64,000 nt of DNA from Eutreptiella sp. 'Long Island Sound 2002'. Taxonomy: Eukaryota; Protista; Euglenida. A model generated the notes under the pieces. That model did no database searches and was not told the origin of the DNA. It saw only the letters and a list, made by a program, of their open reading frames with translations. Every line of letters starts with the position of its first letter. The stretch's first letter is position 1. The stretch spans positions 27,156,001 to 27,220,000 of the forward strand of contig OZ038379.1 of assembly GCA_964036045.1 (NCBI GenBank), written 5' to 3'. This document shows, piece after piece, positions 10,031-21,200 of this stretch. Made by a program: the position numbers and the translations under genes.

Positions 10031-13000
10031 ATGTGGGCGCACTTTCTGGGAATACAAGGGTTAGATGGACTTGTGTAGTCACAGCTGTGCATGTGTGTGC
10101 GGTCCCGTTGCTCACAGCCCTTGGGGACTATCCATGCTATCCGTGCTGATGGCTTGGATTTGTCCCAAGGAGCATTGCAGAATTTTCCCCTCTAGGTTTC
10201 CTGAGCACACACATTGCACTTTCCATGTTGTGCCCTACAGATGCATTGTACAATGCCCCTATTGGCTACTCAGAAGGTGACAGCTGATCACCTGTTTTGT
10301 GGTGTGCCTGTGGCGTGCGAGTCGCAGTTCACATGTAATGGTGGCAATGGTGGCAGGCACTGCTGTGTCCTGGTGGAGGGTAGTTGAAGGCTAAGACTGG
10401 GTGGCGGGGACCTTGGGTGCCTGTTGGGTGGTGCTGGGGGGACTGCTGCTAGACATGTCCATGTGAGGTTTTCTACTGCTATTTACGGCCCGTGTGAAGC
10501 TGTTTTACATGCTATTGGGTGCACGGGCACAGTTTGGTGCATGTCACCCTGCATGTGCGCACTCACACACTCAAACAGGAATTCGTAACATCTTGATAGC
10601 TGCATCCAAAGAGAGATGATTGTGGGCGACGATTATGGGAGAGCCCACGTTACCACATGACACACAACTCCCAGAAAGGCAAAGCATACAAAACAGAATC
10701 GGATCAGCTGTGCTCCCTGTCTGCCCCATGGGCACGTGGGTCTGTGGAGGAGAACACGTCATATATATTTGGCAAAAGAAGTGCCAATGGCACACCGCTT
10801 TTCATTTTGAGGGAGTAGGACATGGCTTCTGTGATTCTCTTCTGCATAGCTCAAAGTTGCAGCAGGATTGTGGAAAAGAATCATCTCTTTTCCATGAATA
10901 TGCCCAAGGGCACCTGCATGGGTGGCAGCCTACTGCACAACAAGCTTTCTATGTGCAGGCCTAAAAAGAACAGGGCTCGTTTTTATTGTTTTCAAGCCCC
11001 TTTTCACCCCGAAGTGCCAGCCGCATCCGATTATGGTGTTTACTTGGTACAGCACCAGAGGGCTGGGGTGAACTGTGGAGTGTGCTCAAATGTGGTGGAT
11101 CACTGGTATCAGTTTTTTTTCAATCTTCCGTATGCTATGTTGCCAATGTTTCGTTACCGAGGGGTGCATTGCTGCTGAGATGGGAGCCACGTTTGAACAT
11201 TGGCAGTTTTCTGGGCCACCCTCACCCTTCTGGGTACCCATTATCTGGACAATATCTGCACCAGTGGGACAACCTTTGCACCGCCGGCGCTGCCTGTGTA
11301 CCACCGCTTACACCAGGTGCACAAACATTGCATGCAGCGGCAGGCTACTCAAATTTCTGAACTAAAATAGAAATTCAAAAAAAGATAGCTTCTCACTTGT
11401 ACTAAGTATCTCCTGTCCTCAAGACCTTGAATCATCACAAGTCCATGTGGTTGTATGCAGCCTAGATGGTGTGTTGGGAGAGGTCATGCTGCTTGGTGGT
11501 GCATGTGATGCCCAGGGGGTGCAGGCAGTCTGGATTGCAAGGGGACTGCTCCGGTGTGGAGGCAAGGAGGACATGGTGCCCAAGCAGCTGGTGCTCCACA
11601 CTGTTGTGCACTGCTGTCCAGATGGTGGACAGGTGCCTGTGCTGCTGAGGTGGCACAGAAGCTGCCAGTTCATGCCAGGAATGTCTGTGGAACGCCCGGA
11701 TCAAGCCAGGGCTGGTTTGAATAATTTGCATGGAGCTGGGATAGGCGCTCTGCTGCTCCGTTGTGGGCAGCTCCGGTGGACGGGTGGCCCTCTGCCCACG
11801 TGAGCTCCCCGCTTGGGACTGGGAGCATCTGTGCGGCCACCACTACGAGCAGCGCAGCTTGCATGCACCGTGCAGTCCACGTTGATGTTGATCACTGCTG
11901 CTGAAGCTTGGGGAGGCACAGCCCCTTGTGATGCCACAGTGGTGAGATGCGCCTGCAGAGCCCCAGTGCTGGTAGTGGCCAGGGTGACCATCACTGGCTG
12001 TATGGCTGCCGCTACCACAGCCACCAGGTGGAAGGGTTGAGGCTATTATGAGAGGCTCTAGTTGCTGATGAAGGAGGTTGATGGGGTCACTTTAGAGGAG
12101 CGCAAAGCATGCACATACTCCAGAACTGGCTGAGGGAAATGATTGCGAAGCGGCACAAGAGAATGAGCGAAGGACTCGCGCACCACAACAGGTAGGTACT
12201 TCGCAGCGAAGCAGCACACACTGTGGGTTCACAAGCACGCATTATGGCAGATGCAACACTGCACAGCACCTAGCACAGCAGACAAACACAGAATGGCAGA
12301 AGAGAGAAGGCAATGGGTAGCCTGCAGAACTGACACGTAACGGAGCATATGTGGTGCTATCAATGGGTAACAATGACACAGGACTAAGGAGGGAGTCTCT
12401 GTGGCGGTCAACCAGGCTAGCGCTCCAAGGGGTGTGGCACCGTAGAAAGGAGGAGTGCCACTTGCACAGATGATCTCCTTTAGCCTTTGTGTCCGAGGAA
12501 GGTGGCAGTGACCCCCTGCACCTCCTCATGCTGACGCAGAGCCTTGGCCACCACAGTTTGCATCCCCAGCAGTGGGCAAGGAGATGGACGATGAGGAAAA
12601 GCTGCCCCTCCAACGTGGTGACTTGGGGGAATCCAGCTCCGGTGCACATTTGCTTTCGGACCTATAGCACGTTCTCCTAGAAGGGTGGAAGCCCTCGAAA
12701 ACCCCATGAAGGGGTGCAGGGTGGCATGGAGCCACCTCCAATTATTACCATTTACTGTTGGCGAACTATGGATAGGGAGGCTAGACATTGAGTGTGGTAG
12801 GTGCCTCTTCTAGTGATGCAACTTGCTTATCTGATGGCATGGAGGGGCAAGCCGAAAGTTGCAGCATAGCAAAAGGAAACAACAAAGAGAGAACTGATTT
12901 TGAGAGGAGACACCAACGATGTCCGTGCATGGAAAGATGGTTTTAGGGAAGTGGGGAGGGCATGATACAGGGTGTATTTCCCCTGCACGGGGTACCTTGC

Positions 13001-13860
13001 TGCTTAGTGAGTTGTTATCCCCCCACCCTTTGCGAGAGCATGCCCCAATGGTGTTGTTTCCGCAATTTTTTGGAACCATGTCCTTCTTCAAGGCAACGGT
13101 GGGTGTTGTTTCCATCAAATTTTGGGACATTGGTGTTGCTCTTGCAATAAGGGGCGGGGGGGGGTTGGTCGACAAACTAGCAGTGGCTGAAGTTTCGGTG
13201 ATCAGAGCTTTGGGCCAAACAATTAGACAAATCCACGACATAAAGCCATATTGAAACTCCCAATAGTGTACGAACATTTGGGAAAGCAAACCAACATACA
13301 ACCAACGTCTTGATCGTTGAGGTGTTGGTACCCAATCCTCTTTTGCAAAAAATGGGCTGTGAGACATGCAATTATTGTTTGTCTTTATGCACTATATGGA
13401 CAGCACACCACACAAGGTCATTTTGGTGCTCTCAATGGTGATTGTTTCCGGTTGGCATGTTTGTATCCAAAGGCCAAGTTTGTCATAGGAATCTTGGCTG
13501 CAGGAGTCCAAATAACTGGCCCTGGCTACACTACTTTGAAAGCACCTTTCCATAGGGCCATCTTGTACCCCCACCCTAGGATTGTGTGTAGCGACCAAGG
13601 GCCATCAGACATCAGACTTTTATGGACCGCCACTACTCAAACTATAAACCCACCTCCCCCACCCCCCCTTGTGATGTAGTACACCCCCACCCCCCCTTGT
13701 GATGTAGTACACCCCCCCCCCGCCCATGGAAGATGCCCCCCCCAACCAGGGCCGTCCTTAAGGGACGAGTTTTTTTTTGTTTTGTTAAGGACAGCCCCTA
13801 GAGGCCTTTTTGCCCCGGCCGAACCCGGGCCATGTCTACCCCCCCGGCCCTCTTTTGGGC

Positions 13861-14951
13861 ACCACTTCTGATTTTGCCCCCCGCTCTGAAGCGGTGGGGA
13901 TCCCCGATACAGCAGGGGTGAGGTAGCCATTTCGCCCACTTGTGGGCCACTTCTGATTTTGCCCCCCGCTCTGAAGCGGTGGGGATCCCCGATACGGCAG
14001 GGGTGAGGTAGCCATTTTGCCCATTTGTGGGCCACTTCTGATTTTGCCCCCCGCTCTGAAGCGGTGGGGATCCCCGATACGGCAGGGGTGAGGTAGCCAT
14101 TTTGCCCACTTGTGGGCCACTTCTGATTTTGCCCCCCGCTCTCAAGCGGTGGGGATCCCCGATACGGCAGGGGTGAGGTAGCCATTTTGCCCACTTGTGG
14201 GCCACTTCTGATTTTGCCCCCCGCTCTGAAGCGGTGGGGATCCCCGATACGGCAGGGGTGAGGTAGCCATTTTGCCCACTTGTGGGCCACTTCTGATTTT
14301 GCCCTCCGCTCTGAAGCGGTGGGGATCCCCGATACGGCAGGGGTGAGGTAGCCATTTTGCCCACTTGTGGGCCACTTCTGATTTTGCCCCCCGCTCTGAA
14401 GCGGTGGGGATCCCCGATACGGCAGGGGTGAGGTAGCCATTTCGCCCACTTGTGGGCCACTTCTGATTTTGCCCCCCGCTCTGAAGCGGTGGGGATCCCC
14501 GATACGGCAGGGGTGAGGTAGCCATTTTGCCCACTTGTGGGCCACTTCTGATTTTGCCCCCCGCTCTCAAGCGGTGGGGATCCCCGATACGGCAGGGGTG
14601 AGGTAGCCATTTTGCCCACTTGTGGGCCACTTCTGATTTTGCCCCCCGCTCTGAAGCGGTGGGGATCCCCGATACGGCAGGGGTGAGGTAGCCATTTTGC
14701 CCACTTGTGGGCCACTTCTGATTTTGCCCCCCGCTCTGAAGCGGTGGGGATCCCCGATACGGCAGGGGTGAGGTAGCCATTTTGCCCACTTGTGGGCCAC
14801 TTCTGATTTTGCCCCCCGCTCTGAAGCGGTGGGGATCCCCGATACGGCAGAGGTAGCCATTTTGCCCACTTGTGGGCCACTTCTGATTTTGCCCCCCGCT
14901 CTGAAGCGGTGGGGATCCCGGATACGGCAGGCTTGAGGTAGCCATTTCGCC
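13861..14951. repeat. Tandem array of an 85-bp unit, 13 copies
   Basis: Unit gccacttctgattttgccccccgctctgaagcggtggggatccccgatacggcaggggtgaggtagccattttgcccacttgtgg starts at 13861, 13946, 14031 ... 14796 and 14876 (one copy has a 5-bp deletion). It contains the palindrome ggggatcccc and the hairpin gcccac-tt-gtgggc. Confidence 0.97.
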
Positions 14952-15772
14952 GAACTGAGTGGGATGGTAGTGCTAACCTGGAGGATTGCGTTGAGGCAAG
15001 CTCGTGTTCGTGTGAGAGAGTTTTTAGCTACGTGACGGCTACGGACTTTGGCCAAACCACGGAACGCATGTGTGAGACGCTGTGGGTAAGGTGCAATGGG
15101 GAGGCACCAGAGGATTGGGGGCCCTTTGAGGTTTTTGAGGACCTTCGCAAGACCCCTTTCCGCCCGCGCAAACGGAAGCAAGGGCATGCGGTTGAGGTGG
15201 AAGATGGTGGTTTGCTTGGGTTTGTGGCTTTCAAGGATTTGGCAGTTTCTTTGGAAGAGGATGGTCAGGCAGAGGTTCCGTTGGCCATTCGAGATTTGTG
15301 GGTTGTCCCCAAGAGGGCGAAACGTGACGCTGACATTGGCGATGTGTATGGGGTTGAGTTGGAGGGTGAGGACGAAGACAGTGAGGACGAGGATTTGGAG
15401 CAGGCAGGTGCAGTTGCTAGTAGCTCTTCTTCTGACCTTCGTAACCCCTTAGCTGTCACCTCCACCTCTTCTAACCCTGCCGCGCAGTTGGTGTTTCGGT
15501 ATGATGTGGATGAGGCGGTGTTGAAGGCAATGGAGAGGGGGAGATTGCATGAGTGGACTAAGGTTGAGTTTAAGGCCATTTCTAGGAAGCATGGTTTGAG
15601 TGTGAGCGGGGGGAAGGGTGAGCTTATGGAGCGTGTCAGGGTGCACTTCCAGAGGTTGTACCAGCAGCACGGAGTTTGTTTTCAGCTGTGCCACCGGCGA
15701 TGGAACATTCGGGTGGTCGAACGCTGCATCACTGTATTTGATCAGAACAAGTATTGCTCTTGTTCATGTTGA
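14951..15772 (+). CDS. ORF with acidic region and C-terminal SAP-like domain, 5' end abutting the 85-bp array (probably a transposon-derived, truncated ORF)
   Basis: LHEWTKVEFKAISRKHGLSVSGGKGELMERVRVH (~15545-15648) fits the SAP consensus (L..L...L...GL..SG.K..L..R). The frame is open from the array boundary at 14951 (RTEWDGSANLEDC...) through the tracked ORF 15032-15772. Confidence 0.55.
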   Translation, partial: RTEWDGSANLEDCVEASSCSCERVFSYVTATDFGQTTERMCETLWVRCNGEAPEDWGPFEVFEDLRKTPFRPRKRKQGHAVEVEDGGLLGFVAFKDLAVSLEEDGQAEVPLAIRDLWVVPKRAKRDADIGDVYGVELEGEDEDSEDEDLEQAGAVASSSSSDLRNPLAVTSTSSNPAAQLVFRYDVDEAVLKAMERGRLHEWTKVEFKAISRKHGLSVSGGKGELMERVRVHFQRLYQQHGVCFQLCHRRWNIRVVERCITVFDQNKYCSCSC

Positions 15773-16288
15773 ATTGTGCAGGGTGTGAGGTAGGGTTCTG
15801 ATTCTATCATGCAACACATGTGGGGCTAGGATCATATGGTTGTGTGCTCAGACCAATTTGGGGCTAGGGACTCATGGTTGAACAATTGGGAACACCGGGG
15901 TGAAGACATGTACTGTCCGCGGGCTCTTTTGAAATTTCATGGTTCTGGAACCTTTTTTTTTTTGCGTTAAGGACAGCCCTGCCCCCAACAATGGTTCGCC
16001 CCCCCCTTGGCGCTTCCCTAGTTCTTCCACCCCCCCCCCCCCCCCGCACTCATGAGTGCTTTCCTGCACCAGGAAGTATGGAAAATGATTCGGAGAAGAC
16101 CCCCCGCTTGGTGTTGTGTGTTTGTTTGCAGGAAGTATGGAAACTGCCCCCACTCACTACACTCTTCGAGGTGTAGATTTTCGTTTTGTGGCCTCAACCC
16201 TAGTGTTGTAGGGCCATTGGACACCATTGCACGGTAAACCAACAGATTTGGCGCATGTATAGGCATATGTGCCCCCCCCCCCCCCCAC

Positions 16289-16292
<4 letters not shown>

Positions 16293-16331
<39 letters not shown>
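16293..16331. repeat. (CA)n microsatellite preceded by a poly-C run
   Basis: Direct inspection. Confidence 0.97.
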
Positions 16332-16333
<2 letters not shown>

Positions 16334-16609
16334 TGACATAGGCATAGGCACTGTAGGGGTGCCCTTGCTTCAAGCCTTGGTTGGGGGGGGGTGCCTTTCC
16401 TTTCTTTACACATTTTTCACCGGGGGGGGGGGCTTGAGAGAACTGCCTAAGGGGGGGTTCCGTCAGGGGTGCGGGAGGGTGTTCTTTTCTTTGTCTCACA
16501 GGTGTTGCTTTTCATGCAATAAAAATCACAGCAAAGAAAATGATCATTTCATCTTGCAGGTGTGCCATGCTATTTTGTGCAGTGTTGTGGTGTGTCTCCA
16601 TAGGTCCCC

Positions 16610-17129
16610 GTGGGCCCCCCTTCAATTTTATAGCCCCCCCCCCGATCAATTTCATAGCCCCCCCCCCCCATCAATTTCATAGACCCCCATGGATTTCATA
16701 GGCCCCCCTATCAATTTCATAGCCCACCCCAATCAATTTCTTAGCCCCCCCCCCCCATCAATTTCATAGCCCCCTCCCCTGTATCAATTTCATAGGCACC
16801 CAATATCAATTTCATAGACCCCCCTTATTAATTTTATAGCCCCCCCACCAATTTCTTAGCCCCCCCCCATCAATTTCATAGGACCCCCCCTGTGAATTTC
16901 AGAGCCCCCCGCCCTATCAATTTCATAGCCACCCACCCATCTTTTATATAGCCCGCCCGCCCCCATCAGTTTCATGCCCCCCCCCCCGATCAATCTCATT
17001 GGTCCCCCCCTATCAATTTCATAGCCCCCGCCCTATCAATTTCATAGCCCCCCCCCCATTCAATTTTATAGGCCCCCCCCTATCAATTTCATCGGCCCGC
17101 CCCTGTCAATTTCATACCCCCCGCCATCA
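16610..17129. repeat. Minisatellite of ~24-33 bp units: (a)tcaatttcatag + variable poly-C
   Basis: About 18-20 recurrences of tcaatt(t)(c/t)atag(c)ccccc with a variable C-run length. Confidence 0.92.
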
Positions 17130-17385
17130 ATACCCCTCGCGATGAATGTTTGAGGGGTGCACACCCCCCCAATATTCATCGCGTGCCCCTATACCCCCTG
17201 TCAAGTGGTCTATACCCCTCGCGATGAATGTTGGAGGGGTGTACGCCCTTCTAATATTCATCGCGTGCCCCTATACCCCCTGTCGAGTGGTCTATACCCC
17301 TCGCCATGAATGTTGGAGGGGTGCACGGCCCCCCAATTTTCATCGCGTGCCCCTTTACCCCCTGTCGACGGGTCTATACCTTACT
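17130..17385. repeat. Three tandem copies of an 82-bp hairpin-containing unit
   Basis: atacccctcgc(g/c)atgaatg at ~17130, ~17212 and ~17294. Internal inverted repeat cgcgatgaat...ggaggggtgtac...attcatcgcg. Confidence 0.9.
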
Positions 17386-17391
17386 TCACCG

Positions 17392-19107
17392 CATGGGCTG
17401 GACACTAGTCTAGAGTTTATGCAATGAATCCTTGTAGTGTGTAGACACTTCAAGGATCCATCGCATGGGCTGTACACTAGTCTACAGTGGATGCGATGAA
17501 TCCTTGATGGGTGTAGATCCTCCAAGGATTCATCGCGTGGGCTGTGCACTAGTCTACGGGGGCTACAATGAATCATTGATGGGTGTAGACCCTCCAAGGA
17601 TTCATCGCATGGGTTGTACCCTAGTCTAGGGTGGATGCAATGAATCCTTGTAGTGTGTAGACACTTCAAGGATTCATCGCATGGGCTGTACACCAATCTA
17701 CAGTGGATGCAATGAATCCTTGATGGGTGTAGATCCTCCAAGGATTCATCGCATGGGTTGTGCACTAGTCTACAGGGGCTACAATGAATCATTGATGGGT
17801 GTAGACCCTTCGAGGATTCATCGCATGGGTTGTACCCTAGTCTAGGGTGGATGCAATGAATCCTTGTAGTGTGTAGACACTTCAAGGATTCATCGCATGG
17901 GCTGTACACCAATCTACAGTGGATGCAATGAATCCTTGATGGGTGTAGACCGTCCAAGGATTCATCGCATGGGCTGTGCACTAGTCTACAGGAGACGCGA
18001 TGAATCTTTGATGGGTGTAGACCCTTCGAGGATTGATCGCATGGGAGGTACAGTGATGTAGAATGAATGTGATGAATATTTCACGGGTGTAGATCCCCCA
18101 AGGATTCATCGCATAGGCTGTACACTAGTCTACGGTGCATGCGATGAATCCTTGGAGGGTGTAGACCCTTCAATGATTCATCGCATGGGTTCTACACTAG
18201 TCTAGTGTGGATGTGATGAATTCTTCCGGGGTGTAGACACTTCAAGGATTCATCTCATGGGCTGTACACTAGTCTAGGGTGGATGCGATGAATCCTTGAT
18301 CGGTGTAGACCCTTCAAGGTTTCATCGCATGAGTTGTACACTAGTCTACAGTGGATGTGATGCATTCTTGGAGGGTGTAGAAGGTTCAAGGATTCATCGC
18401 ATGGGCTGTACACCAGTCTACAGGGGATGCGATGAATCCTTGATGGGTATAGACCCTCCAAGGATTCATCGCATGGGCTGTACACCAATCTAGAGTGGAT
18501 GCGATGAATCTTTGGAGGGTGTAGACCCTCTAAGGATTCATTGCATGCGCTGTACACTAGTCTAGAGTGGATGCGATGAATCCTTGGAGGGTGTCGACCC
18601 TTGAAGCATGCATGGCATGGGCCGTACACCAATCTAAAGTGGATGCGATGAATCCTTGGAGGGTGTAGACACTCCAAGGATTTACCGCATGGGTTGTACA
18701 TTAGTCCAAAGTTGATGCGATGAATCTTTGTAGGCTGTAGACCCCTCCAGGATTCACTGCATGGGCTGTACACTAGTCAGGGGTGGATGCGATGAATCTT
18801 TGGAGGGTGTAGACCCTTCAAGGATTCACCGCATGGGCTGTACACCAATCTAAGGTGGATGCGATGAATCCTTGTAGGGTGTAGACCCTTCACAGATTCA
18901 TCGCATGGGGTCTACACTAGTCTAGAGTGGATGCGATGAATCCTTGGAGGGTGTAGACGCTTCAAGGATTCATCGCATGGGCTGTACACTAGTCTAGGGT
19001 GGATGTGATGAACCCTTAATTGTTGGGTGTAGACCCTGCAAGGATTCATTGCATGGGCTGTACAATAGTCTAGGGTGGATGCCATGAATCCTTGGAGGGT
19101 GTAGACC
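17392..19107. repeat. Tandem array of a 72-bp unit (~24 copies), each with a 20-bp-stem hairpin
   Basis: Consensus catgggctgtacactagtctagagtggatgcgatgaatccttggagggtgtagaccctccaaggattcatcg. The arms gcgatgaatccttggagggt / accctccaaggattcatcgc flank a GTAG loop. The 24-aa periodicity in the tracked ORFs agrees. Confidence 0.97.
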
Positions 19108-19447
19108 CGGGGGGGCAGCCGGGCTAGGTCCTTGTATGCGACCCCCCCCCCCCCGTTTGCGAATCTACAGTTCGCACCGAACTGGTTTGCGCTGCAGTGC
19201 AGCAAGGCAAAACATTGAACTGAGTGTGGTGATGAACATGCGCTTGTGACACGGGGGCGTATGCGAGCCCAGTATCCGTTGCCTCATGGCCCCCTTGGGT
19301 TTTGAAAGATAGTGGTGCCGGGTCGGCCCTCAACAAGTGTCCCTAGACTACACTCAAAATACTCAAAATTTTGTAGAGAAGGCATATTTGTGTTAAAACA
19401 ACAAGAAAAATTTTTGACCAGAAGGAGGGCTACAAGAGGACTGCAAG

Positions 19448-19538
19448 CCCTAACAGCAACCCTAGCCCGAACCCTAACCCTAGCCCTAACCCTAACCCTA
19501 ACCCTAGGGCTAACTCTAACCCTAACCTTAACCCTAAT
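19448..19538. repeat. Interstitial telomere-like (CCCTAA)n degenerate tract
   Basis: aaccctagcccgaaccctaaccctagccctaaccctaaccctaaccctagggctaactctaaccctaaccttaaccctaa. Confidence 0.85.
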
Positions 19539-19659
19539 CAAGACGGAATATTGGGACCGAGCTGGTGGGGGAGGGAACATCAGCTATGGCTGGTGAGGGA
19601 CATCAAGAATGATTCACACATCGATGGCTCTTGACAAAGTGGAATCAGCTTGCAAGTGA

Positions 19660-20060
19660 ACCCCATCACCACGAGGCCCACTTTCAAGGCTTTTTGGACT
19701 TCTGCGGGGCCAAAATGCCCCAAAATGGGCTCAAAATGGGCTCATTTCACCCGTTTGTGCACCCCAAATGGTCTAGGATGAATTTTGGAAAAATGCGCTT
19801 TTGACCCATTTTTGACGCATTTTTGGTCCCAAAACAACCCATTTTCAGGGCATTTTGGGATTTTCGGAGGACCAAAATGGGCCACCACAAGCTCAAAACG
19901 GTCCAAAAACACTTGTTTTAGCGTCGCACATGGTCTAGGATCATTTTTGAGAAAAGTCATCTTTTTGCCCCTACTGGACCCTGTTGACCCATTTGGGCAC
20001 CCACCTGTTTGGGCTTGAGCTTGCAGCTTGCTGCAGCCTAGTGGGCCTGGGTACGGGGGT
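19660..20060. repeat. Probable dispersed repeat with internal sub-repeats (caaaatggg, tggtctaggat, tttgaccc)
   Basis: tggtctaggat(g/c)a occurs twice (~19768 and ~19931), with repeated ccaaaatg motifs. That it is dispersed cannot be shown from this window alone. Confidence 0.5.
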
Positions 20061-21016
20061 CTAGGCGTCAATTTGGGCAATTCTGAGGGGTGGAAATGCT
20101 GGCGATCCACTCCAAGGTCATGTGTTTGTGTGACGTGTGGGTGCACACCCTTAGGCACATGTCGATATCTGAGCATTCGTTTTGGGGTGGCTTGGTGGCA
20201 CATTGGGTTACGGCTTTGTTGTCGATGTACTGACGGTCTCCATGGCCGTGCCGATGGCGGCCCCTACCATCTGGGCCTGACACGGCTGCTGCGGCCCTAT
20301 GACGCGCGCTATGATGCGCAACGGGCCTTTGGTGACGGCGGCTCGTGTGCCCTGATATGTGTAACCCACGACTTCGGCCGCTTGGAGGCTACCATCAGAG
20401 AAAAGGTGTGTACCCTCAGGTTGTTGCCTGTTGGAGTAGCAAGGAATGCCCGCAATCGTCGTGGGCTCATACCCCGGCGGTATTGTCGCCGCGGAGGGGT
20501 CTTCGCGGTACCGGCACGGATCGATGTAGTGTCAAGTGTGTGACAAGTTGTCCACTTCCTCCTTGCGTGCCCAGAGCTTGATACCATCGTTAGAGCTTTC
20601 GGAGTCAATCAGGTTCGGCCCTCCACAGGGTCGTTGTGGCAGATCGACATGGAGTGCCGTGCGTGCGCCCAGTTGGGTGAGTATGGACAGATAACCATGG
20701 ATGGGCACTGCCTTCGCTAGCATAGCTCTACCACATGGCACCCTACGCCTCCCTCGTCCCGCGACCTGCCATACCACCCATCCAAGAGGACGCGCGTCCC
20801 CAGGCTGCCGCCGCCTGACATGGGGTCATCGGCCAGCTCCACACAGGTGACGACCCCTACGGCGCGCGCGACGAGGGCCCCCCGACCACGTCCCTCGACA
20901 TCTCGTCATCCCCACCAAAGCGCCGCAGAATTGACCTCAACCATACGTGCCTCGCCTCCCTGGTGTCCAACATGGATCCTACCGCCACGGACTGCACAGC
21001 CAACCTGGGAGTACCT

Positions 21017-21200
21017 AGGAACTCCTGGACTGTGTTTGATGACTTCGAGCCGGCTTTCAAGATTGTCGAATACGTGGCCATGCCTGACGCCACGGCCGCC
21101 CTCCGGTCATAGGAACTCCTGGATTGTGTTCGATGACTACGAGCCGGCTTTCAAGATTGTCGAATACTTGGCCGTGCCTGACGCCACGGCCGCCTTCCTG
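21017..21200. repeat. 94-bp direct tandem duplication within degenerate coding-like sequence
   Basis: aggaactcctgga(c/t)tgtgtt(t/c)gatgact(t/a)cgagccggctttcaagattgtcgaatac... begins at 21017 and 21111. Confidence 0.9.

Noticed and set aside
10620-11360. Nearly continuous plus-strand frame (two ORFs separated by one TAA)
   Set aside because: No recognisable motif in any frame, and composition is Cys/Trp/His-rich like non-coding or heavily decayed sequence; cannot be called.
11400-13620. Degenerate coding-looking sequence (possible TE relics)
   Set aside because: No RT, RNase H, integrase or transposase motif could be identified with confidence.
13637-14945. Long minus-strand ORFs (302, 360, 267 aa) over the 85-bp array
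   Set aside because: They are translations of a tandem repeat whose unit length is not a multiple of three, so the same peptides cycle through all frames; no domain content.
17392-19107. CRISPR-like appearance of palindromic repeats (also 13861-14951 and 56566-64000)
   Set aside because: The inter-hairpin segments are near-identical rather than unique spacers, no cas genes are present, and the context is eukaryotic.
19284-19596. ORFs with VRVRVR / LTLTLT repeats
   Set aside because: These are translations of the (CCCTAA)n-like tract.
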